A stretch of 64,000 nt of DNA from an uncultured Gemmatimonadaceae bacterium (GTDB taxonomy: Bacteria; Gemmatimonadota; Gemmatimonadetes; Gemmatimonadales; Gemmatimonadaceae): assembly GCA_963843845.1 (NCBI GenBank), contig CAWJMB010000002.1, forward strand, positions 2,016,001-2,080,000. Direction: 5' to 3'. Every line of letters starts with the position of its first letter. The first letter of the stretch is position 1. A program made the translations under genes and the position numbers. The notes under the pieces are model-generated. The model was not told the DNA's origin and did no database searches. It worked only from the letters and a program-made list of their open reading frames with translations. This document shows, one piece after another, positions 12,663 to 22,301 of this stretch.

Positions 12663-14066
12663 TCAATGCCCGACGCCAGGCGTCGGGTCGACTCCCTGGT
12701 CGCGCAGCCACGACTCCATCTCGGCACGGATGACGTTCAGCCGCTCCAGCGAGCGCGCCTCGAAGCGCATGACGAGTACCGGCTGCGTGTTCGATGCGCG
12801 GATGAGGCCCCACCCGTCGCCGAACAGCACGCGCACGCCGTCGACGTCGATCACGTCGTACCGGGCGCGGAAGTCACGCACCGCCCTGTCGACGATCTCG
12901 AACTTGCGCGCCTCGTCGACGTCCACGCGAAGCTCCGGCGTCGAGACGAACGACGGGACGTCCGCGAGCAGTTCGGACACGGTCCTGTTCGAGTCGGCGA
13001 CGATGCGCAGCAAGCGCGCGGCGCCGTAGAGCGCGTCGTCGTGTCCGTAGAACCCCTCGGCGAAGAACATGTGGCCGCTCATCTCGCCCGCGAGCGGCGC
13101 GTCGAGCGCCTTCATCTTGTCTTTGATGAGCGAGTGGCCCGTCTTCCACATCACCGGCTCGCCCCCCGCATCCGCGATCGCCTGTGGCAGCGCCTGCGAG
13201 CACTTGACGTCGAAGATGATCGGCGCGCCCCGTCCGGTTCGCGCGAACACGTCGCGGGCGTAGAGGATGAGCAGGTGATCCCCCCACACGATCTCGCCGC
13301 GGTCGTCGACGAGCCCGATGCGATCGGCGTCGCCGTCGAAGGCGACGCCCAACGTCGCGCCCTCGCGTTTCACCGCTGCGATCAGCTCCTGCACGTTCTC
13401 GACCACCGACGGGTCGGGGTGGTGGTTCGGAAACGTGCCGTCGCTCTCCGCGAACAGGTGCGTGACCTGCGCGCCGAGCCGGTCGAGGAGCTGAGGGCCG
13501 ACGAGGGCGCCGGCCCCGTTTCCGTAATCGGCGACGATGCGGAGCGGTCGCGAGAGGGGTCCGATGCGTTCGACGATGTCGTCGACATAGCGATCGATGA
13601 CGGCCCGCTCGGTCACGGCGCCGCGCGCGGCGCCCGCAGTCGGCAGCGCGTCGCGTGCGAGCTCGTACAGCCGCTGGATCTCGCCCCCGTGCACGGACGC
13701 CGCGCCGCGTGAGATCTTGAAGCCGTTGTACTCGGGTGGGTTGTGCGAGCCCGTGATCTGGATGCCGCCGACGACCGGCTCGTTGTGCAGCGCCCAGTAC
13801 AGCACCGGGGTCGGCACGATGCCGACGTCGAGCACGTCGAACCCGGCGCCCGTGATCCCGTCGACGAGTCCGTCTCGCAGCATCGCGCCGCTCGGCCGAT
13901 TGTCGCGGCCGACGGCGACGATGCCGTTCGACACGCCCGCGTCGCGGAGCAGCGCGGCGTACCCGGCCCCCAGCGCTCGCGCGACGTCGGTCGTGAGGTC
14001 CCGTCCGACGACTCCGCGGACGTCGTACTGCCGGAAGATGTGCTGCGGAAGCGCGGAGGCGTTCAT
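12663..14066 (-). CDS. Phosphomannomutase/phosphoglucomutase (AlgC-like)
   Basis: IFRQYDVRG, ITGSHNPPEYNG, FDGDADR, GEMSGH, RASNTQP. Confidence 0.95.
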   Translation of the reverse strand: MNASALPQHIFRQYDVRGVVGRDLTTDVARALGAGYAALLRDAGVSNGIVAVGRDNRPSGAMLRDGLVDGITGAGFDVLDVGIVPTPVLYWALHNEPVVGGIQITGSHNPPEYNGFKISRGAASVHGGEIQRLYELARDALPTAGAARGAVTERAVIDRYVDDIVERIGPLSRPLRIVADYGNGAGALVGPQLLDRLGAQVTHLFAESDGTFPNHHPDPSVVENVQELIAAVKREGATLGVAFDGDADRIGLVDDRGEIVWGDHLLILYARDVFARTGRGAPIIFDVKCSQALPQAIADAGGEPVMWKTGHSLIKDKMKALDAPLAGEMSGHMFFAEGFYGHDDALYGAARLLRIVADSNRTVSELLADVPSFVSTPELRVDVDEARKFEIVDRAVRDFRARYDVIDVDGVRVLFGDGWGLIRASNTQPVLVMRFEARSLERLNVIRAEMESWLRDQGVDPTPGVGH

Positions 14067-15590
14067 CGCGTGCTGAGGGCGTTCGTCACGGCGCCCGTGT
14101 TCGCGCCCGTCGCCGGAACGAGCGAGCTCGCGCGCGCCCACGTGACGAGCGGCGTCGGATACAGCCCGAGCGCGAGCAGCAGCGTCACCGACGCGACGAT
14201 CACCGAGCGCGTCCACATGGGCGTCGGCGGCGGCGTCGGCGCGTCCTCGGGGCGCGGCCGCATGAACATCACCATGATGACGTACAGGTAGTAGCCGGCC
14301 GAGATCACGCTCGTGACGACGAGCAGCACGGCGAGCCGCGTCTGCGGCGCCGGCGCTTGCAGCGCCGCCTGCAGTACGTACCACTTCGCGAAGAACCCGA
14401 GGCCGCCGGCGAGGGGAAAGCCCAGGAGCGCGAGCATGTAGACCGCCATGGCCATCGCGAGGCCCGGTCGCACCGAGAAGAGCCCCGCGTACTCGTTCAC
14501 GTCGGTCGGCCGTTCCGCCCCCGGCGCGAGCGCGAGCACGACGGCGAACGCGCCGATCGTGGCGAGCGTGTACGCGAGCAGGTAGAACACGAGCGCCGCC
14601 GCCCCGGCCGCCGTCCCGGTCACGACCGGCACGAGCAGGTACCCCGCGTGCGCGATGCTCGAGTACGCGAGCATCCGCTTGATGTTGCGCTGCGAGAGCG
14701 CGATCAGGTTGCCGGCCACCATCGTGATCGCCGCGAGCCACCAGACGACCGGGTGCCAGCGGGTCTGCACGACGGCGAACGCTTCGATGAACACCCGGAT
14801 GAACGTCGCGAACGCGGCCGTCTTGACCGCCGCCGCCATGTAGGCCGTGAACGGCGTGGGGGCGCCGTCGTACACGTCGGGCGTCCACATGTGGAACGGT
14901 GCCGCGGCGACCTTGAATGCGAAGCCCACGAGCATCAGGGCGAGGCCGATCGCGAGCATCGACCCGGCGCCCGTGTCGACCCCGCCCGCGAGCGCCGTGC
15001 CGATCCCGGCGAGGTTCGTCGACCCGGTGGCCCCGTAGACGAGCGCGACGCCGTAGAGCAGGAACGCGGTGGAGAACGCGCCTAACAGAAAGTATTTGAG
15101 GGCCGCTTCCGCGCCGCGCGCGCTACGCCGGTTGATCCCCGCGAGCACGTACACCGCGATCGACATGATCTCGATGCCCAGGAACACGACGATGAGGTCG
15201 CGCGCCGCGCACAGGATCATCATCCCCGACGTCGCGAGCAGCATCAGCGGATACGATTCGACGGCGATCCGCTCGCTGCGGCGGGCGTAATCGTCCGCCA
15301 GCGCGATGCTGAGGATGGTCCCGAGCAGCACGACGATGTCCGCCGCCCAGCGGAAACTGTCGATCGCGACGGGGCCGCGGTCCCGAGGTCACGCCGCGAA
15401 CGCCGTACCAGATCGCCGCCGCGATCGCCGCGAGGCAGACGCCGATCGCGCCGACGGCGACCGGCCGCGCGTCGCGCCCCTCTCCGCGAAAGACGCCCCA
15501 CAGCAGCAGCGCCATCGCCCCTGCCATCACGAGCACGTCCGGGAAGAGCGCCGCGCTGAGCTGCGATGGAATCGTGAGGTCGAGATTCAT
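14063..15590 (-). CDS. nuoN: NADH:quinone oxidoreductase subunit N (frameshift near 15380)
   Basis: EAALKYFLLG, FKVAAAPFHMWTPDVYDGAPTP, KRMLAYSSIAHAGY. Confidence 0.95.
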
Positions 15591-17166
15591 CGATCGAGAG
15601 CCGTGGGGGCGACGCCGTTCGTCATCTGCGCGCCTCGCTCGACGTGCTCGACGAGGCGGGTCGTCGCGCTCTGCATCCGAGAGAGGATGGGTCCGGGCTG
15701 CACGCCGATCCAGATGATCGCGACGACGAACACGCTGACGACGGCGAGCTCGCGGCGATTCAGGTCGGTCAGCGTCGCGTTCTCACCGTGGTTGAGCGGG
15801 TTGAAGATGACCCGCTGCAGTCCCCAGAGGAGATACGCCGCCGCGAGCACGACACCGACCGCGGCGATCGCCGTGAACACCGGCGCCGTCCGGAACGACC
15901 CGGTGAGCACGAGGAACTCACCGACGAACCCGTTCGTCCCAGGCAGCCCGATCGAGCTCATGGCGACGATCGTCAGCGCCGCGGCGAACATCGGGATCAC
16001 GCGCGCGATCCCGCCGAACGCGGCGATCTCGCGCGTGTGGGCCCGCTCGTACAGCATGCCGATCAGGAGGAACAGCGCGCCCGTCGAGATGCCGTGGCTC
16101 ACCATCACCATGAGCGCACCCTGCACACTCTGCACGTTCAGCGCGAAGATGCCGAGCATGACGAACCCGAGGTGGCTCACGCTGGAGTAGGCGACGAGCT
16201 TCTTGAGATCGGGCTGCACCATCGCGACGAGCGCGCCGTACAGAATGCTCACCACGGCCAGCGAGAGAATGATGTTGCGCACCGTCGTGTTCATCGCCGC
16301 CGCTGGGAAGAGCGGCAGCGCGTACCGCAGAAAGCCGTACGTCCCCATCTTCAGCATCACGCCGGCGAGGATCACGCTCCCGCCCGTCGGCGCCTCGACG
16401 TGCGCGTCGGGGAGCCAGGTGTGGAACGGGAACAGCGGGACCTTGATGGCGAACGCGAGGAAGAACGCGCCGAACAGCCAGAAGCTCGCCTTGTGCGAGA
16501 CCGACATGTTGGCGAGCAGATAGTCGTACGAGAAGCTCGTCGCGCCCGTGCTGCGCCAGATGAAGATCATGGCGATCAGCATGAGCAACGAGCCGAGCAT
16601 CGTGTAGATGAAGAACTTCTGCTCGCGTAGGTCCGCCGCTCGCCCCCCCACATGCCGATGATGAAGTACATCGGCACCAGCATCAGCTCCCAGAACACAT
16701 AGAACAGCAGCAGGTCGAGCGCGACGAACACGCCGATCATGCCGGTCGTGAGCACGAGGAAGAGCGCGTAGTGCGTCCGCAGCCTGGTGCGCACGCTCGT
16801 CCAGTCGCCCTGGATCGCGAGCGGCATGAGGAACGTCGTCAGGAGAATCATGAACAGCGAGATCCCGTCGACGCCTAACGTCAGCCGGGCGCCCCACTCG
16901 GGTATCCACGGGACGTCGACGCGGAACTGCCACCCTGGCGCCACAGGATCGAACGCCCACCACATGCCCACCGAGACGAGCGCCTCGAGCAGCAGCGTCC
17001 CGAGCGCGATCATGCGGACGCGCCGACCGTGGTCGTAGTCGACGTGCATCCCGGAGTCCGCCGGCTTCCCGACGAGCCCGATCACCGCCGCGCCGACGAG
17101 CGGCAGCAGGAGCAAGACCGGCAACACCCACGCGCTGTAGTGCACGGCGAGGAGCAGATCGCGCAT
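15587..17166 (-). CDS. nuoM: NADH:quinone oxidoreductase subunit M, copy 2 (canonical motifs; 1-nt frameshift near 16621)
   Basis: GVDGISL, FWELMLVPMY, AIKVPLFPFHTWLPDAHVEAPTGGSVILAGVMLKMG, AYSSVSHLG, GFVGEF. Confidence 0.93.
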
Positions 17167-18764
17167 AGATGGAGTCCGGGGAGTGGGGCAGTCTGACGAC
17201 TAACGGACGTGCGCTCGGCGACCGCGGCCGAGGTGCCACTCACCATCTCGACGATGCGCGCCGCGGGGCCTTCCACGCGCCGCAACAGCGCGCCGGGCGC
17301 GACGCCGAGCCAGATGATCGCCACGGCGAACACCGCCATGACCGCGAGCTCGCGACGGTCGAGATCGCGGAGCGCCGCGTTCTCCGGGTTGTCGAGCGGA
17401 TTGAAGATGACGCGCTGCAACGCCCACAACAGATACACGGCGGCGAGCACCACTCCCGTCGTCGCGATCACCGTCGCGATCGGGAAGCTGCCGTACGAGC
17501 CGAGCAGAACGAGGAACTCGCCCATGAAGCCGTTCGTCCCGGGGAGACCGAGCGTCGACAGCGAGACGAGGGTGAGCATCGCGGCGAACAGCGGGATCAC
17601 CCGCGCGATGCCCCCGAAGTTGCGGATGAGTCCCGTCTTCCGCCGATCGTGCAGCATGCCGACGAGCAAGAACATCGCGCCGATCGAGATGCCGTGGTTC
17701 ACCATCACCATGATCGCGCCCTGAATGCTCGCAACCGTGAGCGCGAAGATGCCGAGCATCACGAAGCCGAGATGGCTCACCGACGCGTACGAGACGAGCT
17801 TCTTGAAGTCCGGCTGCACCATCGCGACGAGTGCGCCGTACAGGATCCCGACGACCGAGACGATGACGATTCCCGTCCGTAGCGTCGGCTGCAACGCGGC
17901 GGCGGGAAAGAGGGGGAGCGCGAACCGAAGCAGCCCGTACGTCCCCACCTTCACGCCGAGCGCCACGGCCGCCGTCGTCGGTGCCTCGTGTTGCGCGTCC
18001 GGCAGCCAGGTGTGGAAGGGGAAGAAGCCGCTCTTCACGACGAAGGCGAGGAAGAACGCCGAGAAGAGTGCGATCTGTCCCGTCGGCGAGATCGACGTGC
18101 GCGATGCCGCGATGAGCGTATCGACGTCGAAGGAGGTCGAGCCGCCGGCGATCCAGAGCACGACGATCGCGACGAGCATGAGCAGCGAGCCGAACGTAGT
18201 GAACAGGAAGTACTTGAGGCTCGCCCGCGTCCGCCGGGCCCCGCCCGAGACCCCGATCATGAAGTACATGGGGATGAGCACCAGCTCCCAGAACACGTAG
18301 AACAGGAGCAGGTCGAGCGAGACGAACACGCCCATGATGCCGGTGAGCAGGATCAGCAGCAGGCCGTAGTAGCTGCGGATCTTGCTCGTGACGTTCGACC
18401 AGCTTCCGTAGACGGCGAGCGGCATCAGTAGCGCCGTCATGACGATCATGACGAGCGAGATGCCGTCGACGCCGAGGGAGATGCGGGCGCCCCAGTCCGG
18501 GATCCACGGCAGCGTCACCGGCGCCTGCCACGCCGCGCTCGCGGGGTCGAACACGATCCACAACCCGATCGCGAGGACCGCCTCGCCGATCAGCGTGATC
18601 ATCGTGAGCACCCGTACGTCCCGCCACGACGCGAAGCTCGATTCACGTCCCACGACGGCCGTGCGGCCGAGCATGAAGATCAGCATCGAGCCGATCGCGG
18701 GCCAAAATAGCAGCGCCGGCAGCACCCATGTCGACAGGTGCGCGGCGCCTAACAGATCACGCAT
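17082..18764 (-). CDS. nuoM: NADH:quinone oxidoreductase subunit M, copy 1 (divergent; true stop may be the TAG near 17200)
   Basis: GVDGISL, FWELVLIPMY, VKSGFFPFHTWLPDAQHEAPT, SVSHLG, GFMGEF. Confidence 0.92.
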   Translation of the reverse strand: MRDLLGAAHLSTWVLPALLFWPAIGSMLIFMLGRTAVVGRESSFASWRDVRVLTMITLIGEAVLAIGLWIVFDPASAAWQAPVTLPWIPDWGARISLGVDGISLVMIVMTALLMPLAVYGSWSNVTSKIRSYYGLLLILLTGIMGVFVSLDLLLFYVFWELVLIPMYFMIGVSGGARRTRASLKYFLFTTFGSLLMLVAIVVLWIAGGSTSFDVDTLIAASRTSISPTGQIALFSAFFLAFVVKSGFFPFHTWLPDAQHEAPTTAAVALGVKVGTYGLLRFALPLFPAAALQPTLRTGIVIVSVVGILYGALVAMVQPDFKKLVSYASVSHLGFVMLGIFALTVASIQGAIMVMVNHGISIGAMFLLVGMLHDRRKTGLIRNFGGIARVIPLFAAMLTLVSLSTLGLPGTNGFMGEFLVLLGSYGSFPIATVIATTGVVLAAVYLLWALQRVIFNPLDNPENAALRDLDRRELAVMAVFAVAIIWLGVAPGALLRRVEGPAARIVEMVSGTSAAVAERTSVSRQTAPLPGLHLCAICSSPCTTARGCCRSCSCCRSSARR

Positions 18765-18791
18765 CGAGCGGCTGGAAGGAGACTGCGGGCG

Positions 18792-20993
18792 TCACCGGAA
18801 CGCGACGGCGCCGATGAGCACCACCGCGCCGACGGCCACGACCCACGCGTAGTTGGAGACGTTTCCGGTCTGGATCCGCGATCCGGCCCACGACACGGCG
18901 CGGACGAGCCCCGCGACGCCGTTCACGAAGAAGCCGTCGATCAGGCCGGCGTCGAGCCCGCGCCACAACAGCTTGCGCGACAGCGCGATCGTCGGCTCGA
19001 CGATGAGTCGCCGAACCCCCTGGTCGACGTAGTAGGCGTTCTCCGCCGCGTCGCCGAGCCGCGCCTGGTGAACGGCCTCCGCCTCACGCTTCGGGAGCAG
19101 CGCAGCTGGCTTGAGGCGCACGACCGCGAATGCGATCCCGAGTACCGCCGCAGCGATGGCGGCACCGACGAGCGCGTACTCGGTCGATTGCGGCAACGCG
19201 GCCTCGCCCCCCGCGAGCGCGGCCGTGGACCGCTCGACCACCGGCGCCAGCCACCGGTCCAGCACGTCGACCGGGCCGAGCGCGTGCGCGAAGTGCGGCA
19301 GGTTGAGCCACCCGCCGAACGCCGAGAGCAGACCGAGCACGACGAGCGGCGCCGTCATGAGCCACGGCGCCTCGTGCAGATGCGCGCGCGCGTGCTCCCC
19401 CGTTCGGTTGGGCCCGTGGAACGCGTAGAGCATCATCCGCGACATGTAGATCGCGGTGATGAGCGCCGTGAGCAGGCTGACGCCGTAGACGACGTACAGG
19501 ATCGCCGAGCCCGGGATGCCCAACACGTGCAGCTCAGCCATCGGGCCATGACGCGCCCGCTCGAAGACCGAGCCGAGGATCAGGTCCTTCGAGAAGAACC
19601 CCGCGAAGGGCGGCACCCCCGAGATCGCGAGCGTCGCGACCCACATGAGCGTGAACGTGACAGGCATGAAGCGCCGGAGGCCGCCCATGTTGCGCATGTC
19701 CTGCGCGTCGTCGTGCGAGTGCGTGTGGTGATACGCCTCGTGCATCGCGTAGATCACCGACCCGGCGCCGAGGAACAGCAGTGCCTTGAAGAATGCGTGC
19801 GTCGCGAGGTGGAACACCGCCGCCGAGTACGCCCCGACCCCCGCGCCGACGAACATGTAGCCGAGCTGGCTCACCGTGGAGTACGCGAGCACGCGCTTGA
19901 TGTCCCACTGCTTCAAGCCGATCGTCGCTGCGAAGATCGCCGTCGCCGCACCGGTGACGGTGACGAGCAGCGATGCAGCCGGCGCGAGGGCGAACAGCGC
20001 GCCGCTCCGCGCGATGAGATAGACGCCCGCCGTCACCATGGTCGCCGCGTGAATCAGCGCCGAGACGGGGGTCGGGCCGGCCATCGCGTCCGGCAGCCAG
20101 ATGTAGAGTGGGAGCTGGGCGCTCTTCCCGGCACAGCCGAGGAACAGGAAGAGGCAGATCGCCGTGACCACGCCGCCGCCCAGTGGGAGGAGCGCCGCGC
20201 GTTCGGACACGGTGACGAAGTCGAGCGCGTTCAGATTCACCGACATCAGGAACATCGCGATGAGGATCCCGAAGTCGCCGACACGGTTCACGACGAACGC
20301 CTTCTTCCCCGCGTTCGCGTTCTGCTCCTCGCTGAACCAGAAGCCGATGAGCAGATACGAGCAGAGGCCGACCCCCTCCCACCCCACGAAGATCACCGGG
20401 TAGCTCGCGCCGAGCACCAGGATCAGCATGAACGCGACGAACAGATTCAGGTACGCGAAGTAGCGCGAGTACCCGGGGTCCGTTCGCATGTAGCCCACAC
20501 TGAAGATGTGGATCAGCGTGCCGACGCCGGTGATGATGAGCGTCATCAGCATCGACAGCTGGTCGAGCTGGATGCCCCACGTGATGCGCAGGTCGCCGGT
20601 CGGTATCCACTCCGCGAAGTTCTGCACGAACGGCCCCGCCTCGGCGAGCCGGTCCCCCGCGCGGAGCATCGCGACGAAGATCGCGAGCGAGAGCACGAAG
20701 CACAGACCGATGATGGCGGGGCCGAGGAACGACGAGATACGGTTGTAGCGCGCGTGGAAGCGCTCCGTCTCGCGGTCGTACGCTTCTTCGTGCGCCATGT
20801 CGGTGTGACCGGCGTCGACGTCGTGCGACGGGTCGTCGGGACCGGCATGGTAGACCGGCGCGAGCGAGAGCGCGCCGTTCACGATGAACCCGAGAAGCGG
20901 CAGGAGCGGCAGCAGCCATGCCCATTCGGCGACCGTGCCGGCGAGCGGGTGCGCCCCGGCTTCGGCAGCGGCCTGCAACAGCGCGAGCGGCAT
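18792..20993 (-). CDS. nuoL: NADH:quinone oxidoreductase subunit L
   Basis: WEGVGLCSYLLIGFW, GKSAQLPLYIWLPDAMAGPTPVSALIHAATMV, LAYSTVSQLG. Confidence 0.97.
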   Translation of the reverse strand: MPLALLQAAAEAGAHPLAGTVAEWAWLLPLLPLLGFIVNGALSLAPVYHAGPDDPSHDVDAGHTDMAHEEAYDRETERFHARYNRISSFLGPAIIGLCFVLSLAIFVAMLRAGDRLAEAGPFVQNFAEWIPTGDLRITWGIQLDQLSMLMTLIITGVGTLIHIFSVGYMRTDPGYSRYFAYLNLFVAFMLILVLGASYPVIFVGWEGVGLCSYLLIGFWFSEEQNANAGKKAFVVNRVGDFGILIAMFLMSVNLNALDFVTVSERAALLPLGGGVVTAICLFLFLGCAGKSAQLPLYIWLPDAMAGPTPVSALIHAATMVTAGVYLIARSGALFALAPAASLLVTVTGAATAIFAATIGLKQWDIKRVLAYSTVSQLGYMFVGAGVGAYSAAVFHLATHAFFKALLFLGAGSVIYAMHEAYHHTHSHDDAQDMRNMGGLRRFMPVTFTLMWVATLAISGVPPFAGFFSKDLILGSVFERARHGPMAELHVLGIPGSAILYVVYGVSLLTALITAIYMSRMMLYAFHGPNRTGEHARAHLHEAPWLMTAPLVVLGLLSAFGGWLNLPHFAHALGPVDVLDRWLAPVVERSTAALAGGEAALPQSTEYALVGAAIAAAVLGIAFAVVRLKPAALLPKREAEAVHQARLGDAAENAYYVDQGVRRLIVEPTIALSRKLLWRGLDAGLIDGFFVNGVAGLVRAVSWAGSRIQTGNVSNYAWVVAVGAVVLIGAVAFR

Positions 20994-21289
20994 CAGCCCC
21001 TCAGCAGCTTGATGTTCCCGAGGTCGACCGTGCCGAAGTGCCGGAAGACCGCGATCACGATGGCCAGTCCGACCGCCGCCTCGGCCGCGGCGACCGTCAT
21101 CACGAAGACGACGAAGACCTGCCCCAGCGTGCCGCCGTGCAGCTTCGCGAGCGCGATGAAGCTCAGATTCACGGCGTTGAGCATCAGTTCCACGCACATG
21201 AACAGAATCAGCGCGTTTCGCCGTGTGAGCACACCGACGACGCCGATCGCGAAGAGGATCGCGCTGAAGAACAGCGCCTCGGCGATCAT
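20993..21289 (-). CDS. nuoK: NADH:quinone oxidoreductase subunit K
   Basis: [27 protein letters not shown]. Confidence 0.97.
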   Translation of the reverse strand: MIAEALFFSAILFAIGVVGVLTRRNALILFMCVELMLNAVNLSFIALAKLHGGTLGQVFVVFVMTVAAAEAAVGLAIVIAVFRHFGTVDLGNIKLLRG

Positions 21290-21798
21290 GCGTCGAGTCT
21301 CCGTTTCGCGAGGACCACCGATCCGACGACGGCGATGAGCAGCAGCACGCTCGTCAGCTCGAAGGCGAGCAAATGGTCGGTGAACAGTACCTGCGCGACC
21401 GGCGCGACAGCGTTCGACTCGGGCACGTCCGCCGGCATGACCTCGGGTATCCTGCCGTTCGTGAGAACCAGGAGCTCGGCCAGCATCACGACCGCGACGG
21501 CGGCGGCGCCGAGGCGCACGCGGTTGTTCCGGAAGTCCGCGACCGGCCCGGCGTCGCCGAGGTTCAGCAACATGACGACGAACAGGAAGACGACCATGAT
21601 CGCGCCGGCGTAGACGAGCACCTGCACGACGCCGACGAACTGCGCGTCGAGCATCACGTACAGGGCCGCGAGCGAGAACATCGTGTTCACGAGCCAGAGC
21701 GCGGCCGCGACGGGGCTCTTCCGCGTCACGAACAGAATCGCCGACGCGACGGCGATCACACCGAACAGATTGAAGTTGAACTGATAGAAGAGGCTCAT
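21286..21798 (-). CDS. nuoJ: NADH:quinone oxidoreductase subunit J
   Basis: [30 protein letters not shown]. Confidence 0.97.
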   Translation of the reverse strand: MSLFYQFNFNLFGVIAVASAILFVTRKSPVAAALWLVNTMFSLAALYVMLDAQFVGVVQVLVYAGAIMVVFLFVVMLLNLGDAGPVADFRNNRVRLGAAAVAVVMLAELLVLTNGRIPEVMPADVPESNAVAPVAQVLFTDHLLAFELTSVLLLIAVVGSVVLAKRRLDA

Positions 21799-21802
21799 CG
21801 CG

Positions 21803-22300
21803 TCACTCGCCGAGCGGATCGGCCGGATCCCACATCTCGCACACGGGGTGTGTCTGCGCCGTCAGCCGCTCAAGGTCGTAGACGAAGCCGTCGCGGCTGT
21901 ATTCCGCGTTCTCGTAGTGCCGCCCGACGTGGATCGCCTCCTCCGGACACACCTCCTGGCAGTAGCCGCAGAAGATGCAGCGGAACTCGTCGATCTCGAA
22001 GATGAGCGGGTACCGGTTTCCCTGCTCGTCCTCGCCCGGCACGAGCTTGATGCAGTTCGCGGGGCAGACGGTCGGGCAGAGGCCGCAGGCGACGCACTTT
22101 GCCTTGCCGGTCTCCGTGGTGAGCATGCGGTGCGTGCCGCGCCACCGCCGCGAGATCGCGAGCTTCTCCTCGGGGTACTGCGACGTGACGGTGTGCGGGT
22201 GGACCAGATGGCTGAACGTGTGGGCGAGCCCCTTCAGCGTCGCGCGCACATAGCTCACCTGCTCGATCGGCCGGTCGACGACCTTGACGGTGATGGCCAT
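21803..22300 (-). CDS. nuoI: NADH:quinone oxidoreductase subunit I
   Basis: CVACGLCPTVCP and CIFCGYCQEVCP [4Fe-4S] motifs. Confidence 0.97.
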   Translation of the reverse strand: MAITVKVVDRPIEQVSYVRATLKGLAHTFSHLVHPHTVTSQYPEEKLAISRRWRGTHRMLTTETGKAKCVACGLCPTVCPANCIKLVPGEDEQGNRYPLIFEIDEFRCIFCGYCQEVCPEEAIHVGRHYENAEYSRDGFVYDLERLTAQTHPVCEMWDPADPLGE

Positions 22301-22301
22301 G

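Noticed and set aside
15370..16630. Single frameshifts in nuoN and nuoM copy 2 (and in pepA near 54808) as phase variation or recoding
   Set aside because: No slippery or repeat tract at the exact sites, and consistent with the background indel rate; resequencing would be needed to exclude it.
19068..21338. Long plus-strand and alternative-frame ORFs (this 756-aa one, 57162-59147, 41089-42696 and many others)
   Set aside because: Shadow ORFs antisense to or overlapping real genes, expected at high GC3; Arg/Ala/Pro-rich with no motifs.
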